From: Azolla caroliniana
Taxonomy: Eukaryota > Plantae > Polypodiophyta
Length of the DNA stretch: 13,790 bases
Assembly (NCBI GenBank): GCA_043228905.1
Contig: JBHGNT010000927.1
Coordinates: forward strand, 1 to 13,790
Reading direction: 5' to 3'
Part shown: piece by piece, positions 10,060-13,790 of the stretch
Position numbering within the stretch: the stretch's first letter is position 1
Layout: every line of letters starts with the position of its first letter
Notes under the pieces: generated by a model
The model's database searches: none
The model's input: only the letters and a program-made list of their open reading frames with translations
Told to the model about the DNA's origin: nothing
Translations under genes and position numbers: made by a program

Positions 10060-11900
10060 TCTTTTTTGGAGACATATATATAGAAATACTTTTTGTAATC
10101 TTTCCGCGTGGGTTTAAAATATGTTGGCTTCTCAGCACGAACGGAGGCAATGAATTAGTAGTGGGTGTATACATAACTTCAAAGATGAGATAGATAGATA
10201 ATAATTGACATGAAATAAGACATGATTTGACTAGCAATGATATGGGCAAATTAATTATGTTAGACTTAAAAAAAGGAAGGATCCTTCACAATCTAGAAAG
10301 ATGATTAGTCTTAAGTAGTTTAAGAAGTGCAACATGTTAGTGCTACATATGAAATTTACAGGTTGGAGTAGTATAATCAAGTTGACATAGAGATATGTAT
10401 TAAGTGTGATAAAGTTGCTACTTGGGTAACAATTCATATATTTTATGTATTCATTATACACTTAAACAATGGTAATGCAGGCACCATTAAATAACCTATT
10501 GTTAGACATGTGGAAAGATGTTTGACACGTATAATGTTTTGACATCAATGTCTTGACTTTGATGTCAAAAAAAGTTTCTTCAGTGGAGGGTAAACCCAAC
10601 TAATAATAACATGAACTGATTGTTTATTGCGCACCTTTCTGAATTTGGTGAAAATGTTCAAATTTGGCATTTATAGTTATAGTAAAAGTTCGTAACAATC
10701 TCCATCCACACATAGAATTAAGTGTTATGTTTATTATATTTATAGTAAAAAGTTCAAAACAATCTCCATTCACACAATTGTGGCATCAATTGTTAGGCAA
10801 CCAATTGTGCATTCTGTTACGCAACCTTTGACTCTTATCGGCTCAAAATGTGTGTTATATCTGGTAGTGATTTGTTAAAAGGCTCTTATGACGATCATGC
10901 AAAATATCATATCTTGGCTTATGCTAATGGTCTAGTATTCCACTAGAGCATTAACATAAACCAACATATATGAAGCATATTTAGGAACTATATTCTACTT
11001 TTAGTGTGTTTTTTGCTTAATGCTAGTATGAAGTTATATGTTGAGTTTATCTTTTATGGTCGTTAAGTTCAATGCATTTATGAATGTATGCACATGAATA
11101 TGCATTTTTAGAGGGTTGCTTATTTATGTCTATGGCATTTTGCCATGTTACACAAAGGATCTTGATACTGTCTAATAGAATTTTGAAAACCTTTTGAACG
11201 TTATTGGGAGTAAATGCTTTGAAATGTGAGTTGCATGTCCATTATCATGCAACGAGGAGGCTATACGAGAATGTGAATTATATGTAAGACTTTGGGGTAT
11301 ACTCCAAGTGTCAAAGATTGTTGTTGTGCCTTTTAGTTCTTATGTGTAACTTTTGATTGAAATTGTATTCAGCCTAGAGTTCCCAACTTTCTTTGGGAAA
11401 GGGACAAGAACATTCATAGTGAAGGACTTGAGCAATAATCTAGATTGAAAAGAATTGTAGGTGAGCACAACAATTACAAAGATACTACTCTAAACTTTGG
11501 GAGTTCAATGAGGTAGAATATTGTAATGATGAATACAAGAAGGAAATCCCCTCATATCATGCTCGGAATTTATCAATTCATTTCGGGTAAATCTTGGATC
11601 TTATTGTTCTTTGCAAACCTTCAGAAGTATATTGCCATATACCGTGTTTTTCTCAATTGGCGATTCTTTTCAAATACATATATTTCCTATTATGACAGAC
11701 ACTTGTCTTCATGTGTGTTGATAGATGAACACTCACAAAGATCAAACCACAAGGAGGTGATAGAGAATAAGTTTCACAATAAGAAATGTTACAAAACTTG
11801 ACAATAATTTGGGACACAAAGTGTTGCAATGTCTTCAGAGTGAATGTAATCTAGAATGTGCAATTTAGTTTGCCGTATTTGCTAATTAATGTCATTGTTG
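10060..11900 (+). pseudogene. Highly decayed TIR-NB-ARC-LRR (TNL) resistance gene relic
   Basis: Degenerate motifs in canonical order. TIR-like: RNTFCNL 10082, ELVVGVYI 10152, FTGW 10355. P-loop-like SGG*TQL 10582, in frame with RNBS-A-like TFLNLVK 10633. Kinase-2-like GSKCVLYL 10840; GLPL-like RGLLIYVYG 11110; KRIVGE..YSKLWEFNEV ~11449-11515; LRR-like NLGHKVLQCLQSECNLE ~11806-11856. Many stops and frameshifts; aligned by eye only. Confidence 0.5.
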
Positions 11901-12039
11901 ACATCTTTGATACTTTGATGAGGCATTTTTTGCAAGATTGAGGTTAGCTTCATCTAGGAAATGTTGTATGATTTTTATTAGCCATATTGACACAACGATA
12001 TGAAAATTAGGGTCAAGTTCACATCCCACCATTTAAAAA

Positions 12040-13790
12040 AATAATTGTAGCAATATTATGTCACCCTCAATTACCAAATACTTGTGATAAATGTTTTTAA
12101 CATATGCACGTTGAACCTTACATCCTTACGATGACCTGTGATACCATTATCCACACACCCAACTTCAAACAGAAGATCTTGAGTTTATTGATGCACCAAG
12201 TTATTGTTTGTTAATTGTTTCACATGTGCTCCTCCTAAATATAAAGCGGCGGGTCTTTTAAAATTAACCTCATTAACATATGGTATTGGCATTACTTTTG
12301 TAAAGAATAAAAACCAAGTTCTTAGGTCAACATCGTTCATTAATTCTTGGTCTAGGCATAAAATATTCACATCTATTGTTTGGGTCATATTATAGTGTCC
12401 CAATTGGTAGAGTAAGATGTGTGATTGAACACAACATGCAATGTGGGTGGAGTATACTTATTGGACTTCATATGCTCGGAAGTCAGTATGTGGGGTTGCA
12501 TAATGTCAAATGCAACATTAGCACAACACATTGAATTCAATGTTTGAACATAAACTCAATCATTTAGAGCTACATATGCCTATGTTCAGCTTAACAATAC
12601 ATCATCATAGAGATTTAGTGCTCTTCATCACATACTTTTGATGACATGATTGATATAATTAGTGGGAGGTCACAATTACACTTTTCTAGCAAGGCATATG
12701 TCAAATGTATGATCAAAATAACTATATTAGGATAATTAGACCTTAAAAGGGCATTTTGAAACCATAACCTTTACGTGCATGACCTTGAACTTCACATATG
12801 TTTGAATGTAAGGTATAATCTTACAATTTAGGTCCTTGTCTATTCAATGAGATATTGCAAATTGCAATGTATATATTGGCTACATCTGAACCTTCTTCAT
12901 GACACTACATTCATCACGCAATTCTTCTATCGTCATTTGGAGTGTGGAATATATTATAGTTCAAACATGTCACGCAAATAGTGTTGACCTAATTACATAT
13001 GTGATAATAGTTTTCAAGTTGTTAGAGGGTTGTTCCCAATGTCATAATGGACTCTCCTACAATGAGTGATGTAAAGAAAATGCTACATTGTGTATTCTAT
13101 TAGGTGTGAACTCCGACCATTGGACTAATGATATTGATTAAGGCATCTTATACATTTCGATGCATGTTTATACCTATACTTCATTATCATGGTCACTCTA
13201 GATAATGTTATACCTTTTGTTATTCACATTAATAAAAAAATCTCATATTCTACATATTCATAATCCACATTATATATTTTGATACGTATATTAAACATCA
13301 TGCACAAGATTGTCAATGTCGTCAGTTGTGATACTAGATGTGGGATTTGATGCTTCATTTCATCTCTCTCTAGCCTTTTCTCCTCCCTACATTTCGCGTT
13401 TATATTTGCGCCCACACTAGTTGGAATGTATGTTCATGTCTCTCCAACTAGCTTACTGAATGTAATGAAACCACCTATTCATTCTCTCAGGTTCTTATCT
13501 CCCAATTGTCACAAAAAACAAGTTGGGTATGGAATAAAAGAACATATATAAGAAACAACAACTCAACATTTTATGAAAAGATGTAGTGGTCAAATAAGGT
13601 ATTATAGAAATCTGAAAAGCAACACTAAACTAAGAATCCAATATAATATCTACTAAAGCAAGCAATAAAGAATCCAAGGTGTGGATTCTTCAACGATAAT
13701 TTGATGTCTCTACATGAGCAATGACGTTATATAGTTTCATTGCTAAAGTATTCGAAATTTATCCTCAAATTTAGGAATTCAAAATACAAG
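12040..13790 (-). pseudogene. Second decayed NLR relic (end of NB-ARC plus LRR), paralogous to the plus-strand relic, continuing off the right edge
   Basis: RNBS-D-like FFIACF 13672-13655; KLVGE ~13455; DEMKHQIP 13364-13341 (compare DEYKKEIP 11528-11551). KMP*SISLVQWSEF 13149-13108 is in frame with SPL*HWEQPSNNLKTII 13053-13003. A 24-aa LRR periodicity appears in ORF 12403-12185 (LRTWFLFFTKVMPIP / PAALYLGGAHVKQL / LKIFCL). Confidence 0.45.

Overview
AT-rich land-plant nuclear DNA with GT-AG introns and telo-boxes; the species cannot be determined from this window. There are two intact genes in convergent orientation. One is a 4-exon chloroplast atypical Cys/His-rich thioredoxin (ACHT/Lilium type, WCGSC; +1678..3453, 215 aa). 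The other is a 2-exon 18S rRNA dimethyladenosine transferase DIM1 (-4885..6418, 352 aa). Divergent from DIM1, across a 273-bp hAT-type MITE, is a 4-exon succinate dehydrogenase Fe-S subunit pseudogene resembling SDH2-3 (+7829..9835; 3 stops, 4 frameshifts) with an ABRE+RY motif pair upstream. The last 3.7 kb looks intergenic on the ORF track. Hand-translated across frameshifts, it reads as two heavily decayed, paralogous, tail-to-tail NLR relics of TIR-NB-LRR type; this call is moderate confidence and needs a frameshift-aware search. Other structure includes a compound minisatellite (1-630), a 786-nt ATG-free repeat-built leader before the thioredoxin, a bipartite intronic repeat and three telo-boxes at exact 30-bp spacing. 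I found no convincing new functional system; the most interesting signals are gene fossils and regulatory architecture.
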